Shown in pieces: positions 1 to 9,471 of a DNA stretch of 64,000 nt; the first letter of the stretch is position 1, and the number at the start of each line of letters is the position of its first letter. The translations under genes and the position numbers were made by a program. Source of the DNA: a virus; the IMG/VR virus record IMGVR_UViG_3300049491_001102, positions 47,464 to 111,463 of that record; one strand, written 5' to 3'. Under the pieces are notes generated by a model that searched no databases, was not told the DNA's origin, and saw nothing but the letters and a program-made list of their open reading frames with translations.

Positions 1-409
1 TACTGACAGCCGCTCTAGCCTGTTGAATCTGCTGCTGGTGCTTATCCAGTTCAACTAACATAGTTACGCTCTGTTGAAGCGCATTTATGTTTTTACCGTT
101 GGTATTAAGCACGTCAATGATTGGTTGCAGCTTAGCGTCGAGCTTTTCTTCTGTAACGATAGCCTGACTCCACAGAACAAAAGCACCTCCCAATGAAAAT
201 GCTAACGCGATCAGCGATAGTATGTTCTTTGGATTAAGCATAGCTTTTAGCCATGATTCAGGTTTAGACGCTTTTTTGCGCTCTTGGTCGAATACTTCGC
301 CGACCATCGTTGTTATCTTGGGCATCATGTTGTCCACGATAAACCCAAGCTGCGCACGAACGCGTGCGTCATCGTTGTCTGTACTAGGTTCTTGTTGAGG
401 TACAGGCAT
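1..409 (-). CDS. Single-TM membrane protein with coiled coil (holin/spanin-like candidate), 3' end beyond window
   Basis: Hand-translated open frame from ATG 409 (alternative ATG 448) to the window edge: MPVPQQEP...NILSLIALAFSLGGAFVLW...NINALQQSV. Not in the ORF track because it is truncated. Confidence 0.6.
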   Translation of the reverse strand, partial: MPVPQQEPSTDNDDARVRAQLGFIVDNMMPKITTMVGEVFDQERKKASKPESWLKAMLNPKNILSLIALAFSLGGAFVLWSQAIVTEEKLDAKLQPIIDVLNTNGKNINALQQSVTMLVELDKHQQQIQQARAAVS

Positions 410-512
410 GGTGATCACCCGAAATCGCTTATTTTCTCCGCGAATCATTGGCATCCCCACACCTAATGATTAACACGGAACAGTCAATCAGTTTGAACAG
501 TATTAGGCCGAA

Positions 513-1250
513 CTATGGTGAATTACGAACCAATCCGCTGGGCGGAATCTGGTCGGCTTTGAGACGCTTCAGGAGTTTATTCAACTTCCGCTGCACCTCA
601 TCTACTTCTACTTTGCTAATCGACAATTCTGCTTCTGCAAGAATTTTTCGATCGTCAGCGGAAAATAGATGGCTTCTCTTGTTAGCCAAAGCTTTCAACT
701 GTTGAGTTTTAGCCACATTCTGCGAGAAGTCGTCTAGTTTCCGATTGCGAATTGTCGTCGCGTCTTCGGCATCTTTTCGGACTTTCTCTGCGGATCGGAT
801 AGCCCCAATCGCTTGTTTCTCCGCTCGCACAGCAGGTGACAATGCGCGAAGCAATGCTTCTCGTTCTGCTTTATCCCCAAGAAATGTTCTCTTGTTGGCG
901 GCAGCTTGTTTTCTGGCTTTTGTACCAAGATCGTCAATTTTGTTCTTCTTATAGAACTTCTTGAGTTTGTTCTTGATGTCTGCCTCGGGCGGTGTAACGA
1001 ACTGGTCCTTTTTTGCAAGACATCCAACAAGGATACCCATGAGATTGGGTTCAATGGAGTCATCATCTGCAAAGTGCAGCGGAGCAAAACCTTGAATAGA
1101 TGAGGAACAATGAGCGCATGACCCAACGACGACAGTGTTGCATTCGGCACCACTTAGTCGAATAACATCTAGCCGCACTGTGGTTTCTTCATGACAAGCT
1201 TGGCATGAGAAAGTCACTGTTCCAGCGTCTTCATTGATTTCTGTGATCAT
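513..1250 (-). CDS. Hypothetical protein, N-terminal zinc ribbon and basic helical C-terminus
   Basis: CQAC...CAHC pairs and a Lys/Arg-rich helical tail; continues the minus-strand operon. Confidence 0.6.
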   Translation of the reverse strand: MITEINEDAGTVTFSCQACHEETTVRLDVIRLSGAECNTVVVGSCAHCSSSIQGFAPLHFADDDSIEPNLMGILVGCLAKKDQFVTPPEADIKNKLKKFYKKNKIDDLGTKARKQAAANKRTFLGDKAEREALLRALSPAVRAEKQAIGAIRSAEKVRKDAEDATTIRNRKLDDFSQNVAKTQQLKALANKRSHLFSADDRKILAEAELSISKVEVDEVQRKLNKLLKRLKADQIPPSGLVRNSP

Positions 1251-1257
1251 ATAATCC

Positions 1258-2916
1258 TTACGGGGTCACAACAACGCGCCCAACGTAGTAACTTGTACCA
1301 ACACCTGCCCGAGTTGCACCGATAACAGCCCCTTTAGTGTTTGCAGCGATCAATGCAACACTTGAAATGTTGCTAGTTGCGTCAGCCGTAAATGTGAACG
1401 TAGTCGGTGTACTGCCAAAGTTACCGGGGAAGATCACGGGGATCGCATAATTTGAGCTACTACCGCTGTCGAGGTCACCACCAGCAACCGCACAGTCATA
1501 GCGACGCGATGGTTGTCCGCTTGGAGTGACATCGAAGTTGAACCCAACAGGATCGCTCGACGTAGACCCCGTTCCCAATCGAATGAGGTTTCCATTCGAA
1601 TAAGGAGAACGAATGCTGAATATGAACCCACCAGTCAGACCGCTGCTGAAAGCATCATCATCGAAATATTCCGATGCGGCTGATTCTTGAGCGATCATGG
1701 CGAAAATAGAACCCTGGTTCGTATTTCCACCATCGATACTGTGCTTTAAGTTACCGAAGCGGAAATTCTCTTTTCCACCGGCTGTATCAGTCATATTCCA
1801 CTTACTAGTAGTGGTATTCCAAAACTGATTGATCGTAAAGCACCAACCGTAATCATCATGCGTGTAGATGCGAATACCCTGATTGCTCGTCGTTGGGCGA
1901 CGAAACAATGGTCGATACGCAGCGCCTGAAGTTGTCGTTTGATAGATTGGTGCAACACTCTCGTCGATCTGCTCTTTCGTGACAAACTTCTGCACGATTT
2001 CATCGAAAGCTTGTTGAACCGTCCCACCATCGAAAAAGCTATTGAGTGGCAACAACGGGGAAATACCCGTGATGGTCACTTCTTGCGTTTCAATAATATC
2101 CGCTCCGGACTCGCGAACATCCGTTGTCAGCCCACCGATAGCTTCAGACATGTTGGCTCCCGCCAACAAATTCGTCCACGCCATTGAATCTGGAACGATG
2201 TCGTTGTCGATCGCGGTGCCCGGATGCACACCCGTTGTACCGGCGATGTGGGCGTTTAGCTGGTCCAACGTGAATTGCATGGCCGTGGGTAAACGACCCG
2301 TGCGGACCATCGCCGGTGAAGATGCCGCGAGGTTGAAGATGTACTGGAAGCGTGAATTCGGTTTGCTTATGACATCCGCCGATTCGATCATCGCGTTTAG
2401 GATCTGAGTGGTCCCAAAGCTAAGTTTGACGTCGCCGATGAGCAACGCATCGCTGCGCAAAGCTGGGCGTGTGGCCAAGCCTGCAGTGGCCTCAGCTCCT
2501 TGGGTGACGATGAACTGGTACCCCTCGTCGTTCACGTACAGCACCGGGAGGCCGTTGCCATCAAAACGCTGATCGGTTTGCACTCGCGTGAACTGCACAA
2601 AGATCGAGACCCACTTTTCGTTCCCGCTCGACACCACGGTCGTCGGCAAGCCGTTGCTGTCCGTGCTCATGTTGAGCGTGACAGAACTCGACATCGCGAC
2701 GCGGCGTCCTAGTTGGTCGTAACCAATGCCGGGCCCACCGATGTCGACGGTCAGGTTGGGGACCGGTGCATGCTGAACGACCGAGTACCCGGTGGTGACC
2801 CCGAAGTAGGCTTGGTCCGTCATGATGCGCTGCATGGCCTCTTCAGCATTCGACTGAAGCTGATCCATGTCGCTCTCACCAACCAACTGCTCAAAATAAA
2901 AGTCTAGCCGCTTCAT
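1258..2916 (-). CDS. Baseplate-attached tail fibre / receptor-binding-type protein
   Basis: 552 aa, overlaps the stop of the gpI-like gene (ATGA); beta-rich C-terminus; position in the tail module. Confidence 0.6.
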   Translation of the reverse strand: MKRLDFYFEQLVGESDMDQLQSNAEEAMQRIMTDQAYFGVTTGYSVVQHAPVPNLTVDIGGPGIGYDQLGRRVAMSSSVTLNMSTDSNGLPTTVVSSGNEKWVSIFVQFTRVQTDQRFDGNGLPVLYVNDEGYQFIVTQGAEATAGLATRPALRSDALLIGDVKLSFGTTQILNAMIESADVISKPNSRFQYIFNLAASSPAMVRTGRLPTAMQFTLDQLNAHIAGTTGVHPGTAIDNDIVPDSMAWTNLLAGANMSEAIGGLTTDVRESGADIIETQEVTITGISPLLPLNSFFDGGTVQQAFDEIVQKFVTKEQIDESVAPIYQTTTSGAAYRPLFRRPTTSNQGIRIYTHDDYGWCFTINQFWNTTTSKWNMTDTAGGKENFRFGNLKHSIDGGNTNQGSIFAMIAQESAASEYFDDDAFSSGLTGGFIFSIRSPYSNGNLIRLGTGSTSSDPVGFNFDVTPSGQPSRRYDCAVAGGDLDSGSSSNYAIPVIFPGNFGSTPTTFTFTADATSNISSVALIAANTKGAVIGATRAGVGTSYYVGRVVVTP

Positions 2917-5078
2917 GTGGTCAAAATCGTTTCTGTGCCCAACAGATGGACACCAATGCGCCAGTACGTCTTCGTTCCCGGACCATCATCTCCAGGCGTG
3001 CCATTAGGCTCGCGAATACCAACGATATGTTCGTGAGCACACTTCATGTAGTCCGCGATCTTGAACATAATGTCTCGTTGTTCATCCGTTAAAATCGTCG
3101 TTGAGACGATGAAGAATGAATACCACAACGGAGACCCAATACCAGGACCAATGATTGTGTTGACATTTAGGTTATGAATTCCTATTTGCCAGAAATCACG
3201 GTAGTTAAAGATGTCCAATGTGACCTCTACACCAGTGAAAAAGCGAATAGCGTTTATAACGCCTTCAGCCGTTCCCTTCTGTTTGTAGATAGGGACTAAA
3301 ATTCTCCCCAATTTTCTCTTCTGAGTCAAAGAGAGGTCTACGAACAGAAATGGATTCCCGAGGTCAGTTAATATCGCATCAACGAACTGCTCAGGTGCGA
3401 TGTCAAGGTCTATAATGTCTGTCCAATGGTCTATTTCACATAGTAGAAGGTCAACGACATCTTGTAGACATAAAATGAACTTCCGAAGTGGTTGGTCCAC
3501 CGACGAATCATCATCACGTCGATTCATCTGCGGGATTTTTTCCCACAAGTTCAATGACCGCCCAGCAGGCGCTATACATCGATATGCTGAGAAATCTGCG
3601 AAGTTGGCCGATGCGTTGATAACATTTTCTTGCAGATCGTAAGCGTTGTGAACGGTAACGCGATACGTTGCTGCCATTGTCATCTCAATGTCGAGCGCAA
3701 CGTCTACAGTGTAGCTATTGATGACCGTAACTCCAATTGCTTGGAGTGGGACTGCTGGCACTGTTTGGGCTGAGAATGAATAGTATGAAGGGTCATTGAT
3801 TGACTCAATGACCATAGCTTCACTAAAGAAAACACGGACAGTTTTTAGGTCTCTAGCTTGTGCGGACAGAACTGTTGGGTTCTGAACATCCGCCATGTAA
3901 AAAACCCAAGTTGTCTCACACTGGGTTATACCCGCTGTTCCAGAGTTAACGATGACTTCGATTGGCTGTTCTGAAACAAATGGGGCAATAACGTCTAACG
4001 GCACAGTGAACAGCAAATCATGAGCATCAGTATCTGGAACTGTAATGCTGCCGCCCACAAACGGTGCCACCCATGAACCCATGTTATAGGCTATTTGTCC
4101 ATTAACAATCACTGTTGTGATTGTCAGGTCAATTGGAATACCGGATGTGTTTACGATCTCAAATTGAAAGTCCGGACGAGAATGCGGGACTGCAATCTCA
4201 TTCGGCGGCGGCAACCTATTTCCAATGAAAACTGCACTTGGGATTGTATCGAGCTCAATAAAATCGAGATAAATCCCCGGGAGTTCAACAGGTCCTGGTC
4301 GTGCAACCGTAACCGCTTGCGCATCAAGTTGAAGCCCAAGACGAAGCTTCACAGGATCGGGGAGTGTGGTGATGTTGAGCACCACATCATCCAAAGTCGT
4401 CGTGTACTTGGTCCCACCATAAAGCAAGTTCTGGTCGGGAACGGACGGACCCATCGTGTCATCGTCAGCGAAGAATCTCCAGTAGAAGAAGTTTGTTGGT
4501 AGCGATGGGGGATACCCACTCTTTAACCGTGGCCAACGCGCCTCTCCATGCACACGAACAACTTTGGCGTTGTTCCGCGGTGCTTCCTGATACGTGATTA
4601 TTCTGTCACCGTAATGCAGGAACGGCCATATTTCGTTTTTCCTGTCATTACCAAGAACGAACGAATAGTGACCTTGCGTTCCGCTAACTTTGGTCCCCGG
4701 AAAATTGAACTTGTATTGAGCCAAACCGCCGACGATTTGGATGGAAGCCAAAAGTCCGGTTTTAACTGTTGTCAGCCTAACAGCGTTGTTATCCTCGACA
4801 GCGATAAGTTCTGGAACTTCAGCTCCGATTACAGCCGCCACTTCGATCGGGGAAGCAGATGTGATGTCAACGAAATCTATGCTGTCGAACGTCACCGATA
4901 CAGCATCTGCGCCATTAACACGCAACAGCAGCGTATCACCGTCAACAAGTGCATAGTTTCCATCAGACCCAGTAACGACCGTAGCGGGCTGCGGTAGGTC
5001 ATCCTCAGAGATCACGTGATTTTGCGGGTGAACGCGCCCTTGGTCGAGACCAAAGCGATAGTCGTACGGTGTTCGCAT
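2913..5078 (-). CDS. Baseplate wedge protein with C-terminal P2 gpI-like domain and Ig-like domains
   Basis: LWEKIP...APEQFVDAILTDLG...IYKQKGTAEGVINAIRFFTG is typical of Tail_P2_I; VRVFFSEAM Ig-like strand. Confidence 0.75.
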   Translation of the reverse strand: MRTPYDYRFGLDQGRVHPQNHVISEDDLPQPATVVTGSDGNYALVDGDTLLLRVNGADAVSVTFDSIDFVDITSASPIEVAAVIGAEVPELIAVEDNNAVRLTTVKTGLLASIQIVGGLAQYKFNFPGTKVSGTQGHYSFVLGNDRKNEIWPFLHYGDRIITYQEAPRNNAKVVRVHGEARWPRLKSGYPPSLPTNFFYWRFFADDDTMGPSVPDQNLLYGGTKYTTTLDDVVLNITTLPDPVKLRLGLQLDAQAVTVARPGPVELPGIYLDFIELDTIPSAVFIGNRLPPPNEIAVPHSRPDFQFEIVNTSGIPIDLTITTVIVNGQIAYNMGSWVAPFVGGSITVPDTDAHDLLFTVPLDVIAPFVSEQPIEVIVNSGTAGITQCETTWVFYMADVQNPTVLSAQARDLKTVRVFFSEAMVIESINDPSYYSFSAQTVPAVPLQAIGVTVINSYTVDVALDIEMTMAATYRVTVHNAYDLQENVINASANFADFSAYRCIAPAGRSLNLWEKIPQMNRRDDDSSVDQPLRKFILCLQDVVDLLLCEIDHWTDIIDLDIAPEQFVDAILTDLGNPFLFVDLSLTQKRKLGRILVPIYKQKGTAEGVINAIRFFTGVEVTLDIFNYRDFWQIGIHNLNVNTIIGPGIGSPLWYSFFIVSTTILTDEQRDIMFKIADYMKCAHEHIVGIREPNGTPGDDGPGTKTYWRIGVHLLGTETILTT

Positions 5079-5079
5079 A

Positions 5080-5811
5080 CTAAGAGGGTGGAACGAATGG
5101 TGTTGCCGTCTTTGCGATAGTAATGTGGTCTACTGCGCCCACAACACCTGGAACAGCGGAATAGAATCCATATCCAGCTCTACCTCCTCCGGTAAGTCCG
5201 GGAGTTCCAGAGTTTACACCGAGGGAATCGTCGTTATACGACGCCATTCCGGGGATTGCAGTCCAAACTGGCGCAGTCACTGGATTGACAGCTAGATTGT
5301 TCTGATAGCAGTTCAGAATGACGTCACCTGAGGGATTTACGATGCAATCCAACCGCAGATGAACCCACTCATTGAGCCCAATTTGGGCAGTTGATCGGCG
5401 CAGAACACCTGAACTACCCGGAGTGTCATCAGGCAAACCGCCAATGATCGTCCCTTTGCGTAGCATGATGTACCCTGGGTCCCCCGCGGATAAACCGATC
5501 ATGTAGGCAGTGGCGGTAAGAGCATCGTTCGACTGGCACTGAATAGCCAAGAACGTGCTCATATTTGCCTCATCACCGATGTAGCGCATGACTGCACCCG
5601 TGATTTGTCCACCTTCGCCAGAATCAATTGGGTCAAACCCTGCGATTGCACAATAGTTGGCTGTTACTCCAACAACTCCGGAGTTCAAAGCTCTCCAGCC
5701 AAAAATATGGCTTGCGCCACCATTTGGCAGTGGCAAACCAGCAGTCACTCCACGAGCGACTGAAGCAAGGTCTAAGGAGTTTACGAACTCAAACCAGTCG
5801 TCTGCTGCCAT
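5080..5811 (-). CDS. Virion structural protein (beta-sandwich)
   Basis: 243 aa, Gly/beta-rich, tightly packed in the tail operon. Confidence 0.55.
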   Translation of the reverse strand: MAADDWFEFVNSLDLASVARGVTAGLPLPNGGASHIFGWRALNSGVVGVTANYCAIAGFDPIDSGEGGQITGAVMRYIGDEANMSTFLAIQCQSNDALTATAYMIGLSAGDPGYIMLRKGTIIGGLPDDTPGSSGVLRRSTAQIGLNEWVHLRLDCIVNPSGDVILNCYQNNLAVNPVTAPVWTAIPGMASYNDDSLGVNSGTPGLTGGGRAGYGFYSAVPGVVGAVDHITIAKTATPFVPPS

Positions 5812-5812
5812 A

Positions 5813-7897
5813 TTACACCAAAGATGGGTTCCAGTATTTGCCAGGCCACTTGTACGATGGCATGACGAAATGATCTTCTACTATACTTATCTCAGACGGG
5901 TTCGTCCCGTCAATTTCTACTGTCATTGGTGTTCCCGGCACTTCTTGCAGTAACACCACGTGGAAAGCAAACTGATACGCTGATGTTTGAACAGTGTTTC
6001 CATTGTTTATGTTGGAAACAAGTTCTTGTGCAATAATAAACTCTGTGTCGCCCATTTGAGCAACATAAGAGAATCTAATGCCATCTATTGTTACAGAATA
6101 AATGTTTCCTACCGTACAAGCGTTGATCAGAATATCGGTGTGTTCAGGATTAGCAGGACTAAATGTCTCCACTATTCCCGGCTGTGAAAAATCACAGTAA
6201 TGAAGTTCACGTTCTGGTCCAAGGTCGTCAATGTCGTAGATATCTCGTTCATTGCCCATAGACGGGATACTCGTCTTGAACCCCCATTCCGTGTTGAACG
6301 TCTCTTCTTCAAGTGTATCGCTATTAAACATGGCGATAACTTCGTTGAAGGGATCGCCGAGCCACGTAAGAGTCAAACGGACATCCCAGTCCACGACATC
6401 GTAATAGTTCGAAGGGTACGGACCTATATTGTACCTGTAACCATTACCAAATGTCTCCACAACACCTGTAGTGTCAGGATACGTTGTCGTATTAAAAACA
6501 ACAGCTATAGTTGCCGTTATATCTGTATAAAACGGGAACCAGTCCATTGTTTCCCATAGAAACGGCCCATCACCACTCAATCCCCAGAATGCACCTGTGA
6601 CCGTACTCCCCGAAATATCGCTGGCATCAGTGAACGCATCAGGATCGGTACTCGCAGGCCAACCTTTGGCGAACATCTCGTAGGCGGAAGGGAACAGCGA
6701 AGGTCCGCTTTCTGCGAATTCAGCCAACTCCCAGCCTTGCGACAACACCTCCATTGACCACAAACGGGCATACCCGGGGTCGGACTGGCCGCGTGAAATA
6801 ACGTTGGTGGGAAACCCAAACACCACATTGGCCGCGCCGCCGATCACTTCGATTGTCGCGATGTCCCCCTGAAGCTGAGGGAACGTCGTCAATACCAGGT
6901 AAAAACCGTCCATCACTGCGGTTAGCCCCGTGTTTGCGGCTTCCAACGCGGCCGATATCTCCGATGCCTGAACATCGTCCATGTCGGCAATCAGGTCGGT
7001 ACCATCGACGGGAAGAGCAAATGCAAACAAGGCGGCTGCTGACCCGCCGGAGATCACAACCGTGGACGTGGTGCCATACGATGCGCTGACAATGGACACC
7101 GAATCCCCGGGGCCCACAACCGAGAGTGATTGCGTGGTCGCTGTGTTCACTGCGATCACGACCTCTGCGGCACTGACTGCGGTGATGTCTTGCACGTTGC
7201 CCACGCCCGCGGTGGTGGACGCAGTGGTAAATGCACTGGCTCCTGTTCCACCCAAAATTTGAATGCTCGCCGAATCCCCGAGCAAGTCGGTGACCAACTC
7301 AATGCTGCTAGGACCCGTCGGCGCAACCGAGACACCGAGCAGCGCGAGGCTCAGAACTGCGGCGACTTCAGACTGCGTAGCTGCGGAAATATCCGCAAAG
7401 TCCTCTTCGCGGAAAACAACCGTCTTGGACGGGCTTGTGTTAACTTTAACGATCAACGTTGCACCGTGGTACAGCGCGTACGTTGGGCCAGATGATGAAT
7501 CTAGAACGAGCTCGTACGCTGTTCCTTGAACCCATTGGACAGATGTCGTCGGTAAGCCATCAAATGACACATCTAGAGTGTCACTGCCACCAGACATGTC
7601 AAATGGACCTGATACACCAGAATTGACGTACCCATGAGTTCCTGGGTAGAACGCAACGTTGTGCTCAACACCGTTAACAACGATCCTGAGGTTGTACCCG
7701 ATGCCTAAAGCGTACGGCGACGTATTATTCGCATGTAACGTCGGGTACGTGCCTTTTGGTTCTTCAAACGATAAATTGCCGAAACCTGTTGATCCCCCAC
7801 CACCACCGACGATTGCAGTTCCGGATCCAGAACCTGGACCCAACGACCCGAATGCGCCAGAACCGTGGCCATGTGTGATGACAAGAGTGGCAACCAT
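5813..7897 (-). CDS. Virion structural protein with three nested copies of a sheath-like insertion domain
   Basis: Repeated PYAL...V.V.G and DI.A.T..EV motifs also seen in the sheath gene. Confidence 0.6.
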   Translation of the reverse strand: MVATLVITHGHGSGAFGSLGPGSGSGTAIVGGGGGSTGFGNLSFEEPKGTYPTLHANNTSPYALGIGYNLRIVVNGVEHNVAFYPGTHGYVNSGVSGPFDMSGGSDTLDVSFDGLPTTSVQWVQGTAYELVLDSSSGPTYALYHGATLIVKVNTSPSKTVVFREEDFADISAATQSEVAAVLSLALLGVSVAPTGPSSIELVTDLLGDSASIQILGGTGASAFTTASTTAGVGNVQDITAVSAAEVVIAVNTATTQSLSVVGPGDSVSIVSASYGTTSTVVISGGSAAALFAFALPVDGTDLIADMDDVQASEISAALEAANTGLTAVMDGFYLVLTTFPQLQGDIATIEVIGGAANVVFGFPTNVISRGQSDPGYARLWSMEVLSQGWELAEFAESGPSLFPSAYEMFAKGWPASTDPDAFTDASDISGSTVTGAFWGLSGDGPFLWETMDWFPFYTDITATIAVVFNTTTYPDTTGVVETFGNGYRYNIGPYPSNYYDVVDWDVRLTLTWLGDPFNEVIAMFNSDTLEEETFNTEWGFKTSIPSMGNERDIYDIDDLGPERELHYCDFSQPGIVETFSPANPEHTDILINACTVGNIYSVTIDGIRFSYVAQMGDTEFIIAQELVSNINNGNTVQTSAYQFAFHVVLLQEVPGTPMTVEIDGTNPSEISIVEDHFVMPSYKWPGKYWNPSLV

Positions 7898-8640
7898 TAT
7901 CCAATCCTAAAGTAACCGCGAGTGTAGTTGATAGCCGCAGCAGAGGACACAATTTCGTCAACGTTGAATGGTTCAGTATTCAATAAATACGGCCCATCAG
8001 CCCCATACGTCATCGATACCTCCGTAATCGTCAATGCCCCCCGTATATCAAACGATGGTGAATTGTACGTGTTAAGCCACCATGACGATGTTGCCGGGAA
8101 AAATCCTGGAGAACGATATTGGGCTGTTAATATTTGAATGTCACTCAGTGACATCGTAATGTTTGACTTGAATGGATGGGCTATGCGTCCATTAAAGTAG
8201 TTAGAACCACCTGCAACGCTTTGTCCAATCCTGGCAACACCAGCAGGTGCAATAGCTCCTAAACTTGGCGGTGAAACTGTCTCAACAATTGCTGTTCCTG
8301 GACCCTGACCAACCCCAACGTACAAGTTTGTTCCGTTGTAGGAGACAACAATTGTATTCCATGTGTTTGCTACAAGCGTTGCAGAAACCGTCGTAGAATC
8401 AACTAGGTTGCCCCCGACCCAGTCGATAACTACTCGAACTTTAAGTGAACTTTTGCAGATGATGTTTAGAGCGGAAACATTCGTCCCCAAAGCACCGTGA
8501 CTGTAGATATACGCATTGGACTGTTGAGATGCATCTGGATAAACAAAAAACTGCATCAACCACCCAGTACCAGGGAGGTCTAAAGCAGCATTGTCCGCAA
8601 TGGATAGGTATGTTCCTGACCCAGTGAAAAGAGCGGACAT
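7897..8640 (-). CDS. LamG/concanavalin-A-like domain protein
   Basis: NTWNTIVVSYNGTNLYV...ARIGQ...YFNGRI is a LamG-like pattern. Confidence 0.7.
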   Translation of the reverse strand: MSALFTGSGTYLSIADNAALDLPGTGWLMQFFVYPDASQQSNAYIYSHGALGTNVSALNIICKSSLKVRVVIDWVGGNLVDSTTVSATLVANTWNTIVVSYNGTNLYVGVGQGPGTAIVETVSPPSLGAIAPAGVARIGQSVAGGSNYFNGRIAHPFKSNITMSLSDIQILTAQYRSPGFFPATSSWWLNTYNSPSFDIRGALTITEVSMTYGADGPYLLNTEPFNVDEIVSSAAAINYTRGYFRIG

Positions 8641-9132
8641 TTACACCTCCACAAGAGCTGCATTCATCAGATAGGCAAGTCCAACCATTGTATCCCCGAC
8701 ATTGGCACCTGTGCGCCCAACACGTATACGAAATCTGTCACCAGCAGCAATGCTGCTGATATTTGCCGGTGTCAGCGTTCCAAATGACGTAACGCGTGTT
8801 GATGACAGTGTAGACCCAGGCGTATCCGTTATCGGAAGTAACGTGCCCATCGTCAGTGTATCTGTTCGGTTACCGTTATGAGCCATACGTTCGAACTCGG
8901 CAGTCCAACGGCAATTACCGGTAGTTACCGTCCAACTTGCCCAATAAAGGTATAGAAGGACATTACCCCCTCCGTACCCGTTTGGCATCACACCAGTAAA
9001 AATCTGCGTCCAGTCAGCAGCATCTGAAAACGCAGCGCTCTTGTGTCCTGTTGTCGTTTGAACAACTGGGTAGGAGTTAGATTGGAAAAATGTAGCTGCG
9101 TGTCCGTCTGCGGACCAGAGTAGTTTTGCCAT
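8641..9132 (-). CDS. Putative virion/fibre-associated beta-sandwich protein
   Basis: 163 aa, abuts neighbouring genes, beta-rich (IAAGDRFRIRVGR). Confidence 0.5.
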   Translation of the reverse strand: MAKLLWSADGHAATFFQSNSYPVVQTTTGHKSAAFSDAADWTQIFTGVMPNGYGGGNVLLYLYWASWTVTTGNCRWTAEFERMAHNGNRTDTLTMGTLLPITDTPGSTLSSTRVTSFGTLTPANISSIAAGDRFRIRVGRTGANVGDTMVGLAYLMNAALVEV

Positions 9133-9137
9133 GTGAT

Positions 9138-9464
9138 TTATCCGATGATCTCTTCATTGGAGACTACAACACCGACACCGCGTTCAACTCGAACTGAGGA
9201 GTCCGCTTCTTTCAAAGCTTGTTCCTCGGTTTTCTCCACCATCTGCAGCATCGACGATAGAAGCTTCGTAAGATATGGGTACGGCATATCTTTGAGTTTT
9301 CCTTCTGGGTCACACAATGCACGAACATCGAGGGCTAAAGCATTGTTGGCAAAAACACGAAGCTCTTCTTGCAGCTCCGGTTTTGTCATCTCCACTGGAA
9401 GTGGAACGTTATTGGCGGCCAAGTAGGCAGTAACTCGCTTGTAGAGTTCGAGATGGTATTCCAT
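9138..9464 (-). CDS. Hypothetical helical protein
   Basis: 108 aa, fills the operon gap between fibre genes. Confidence 0.55.
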   Translation of the reverse strand: MEYHLELYKRVTAYLAANNVPLPVEMTKPELQEELRVFANNALALDVRALCDPEGKLKDMPYPYLTKLLSSMLQMVEKTEEQALKEADSSVRVERGVGVVVSNEEIIG

Positions 9465-9471
9465 GACTTCC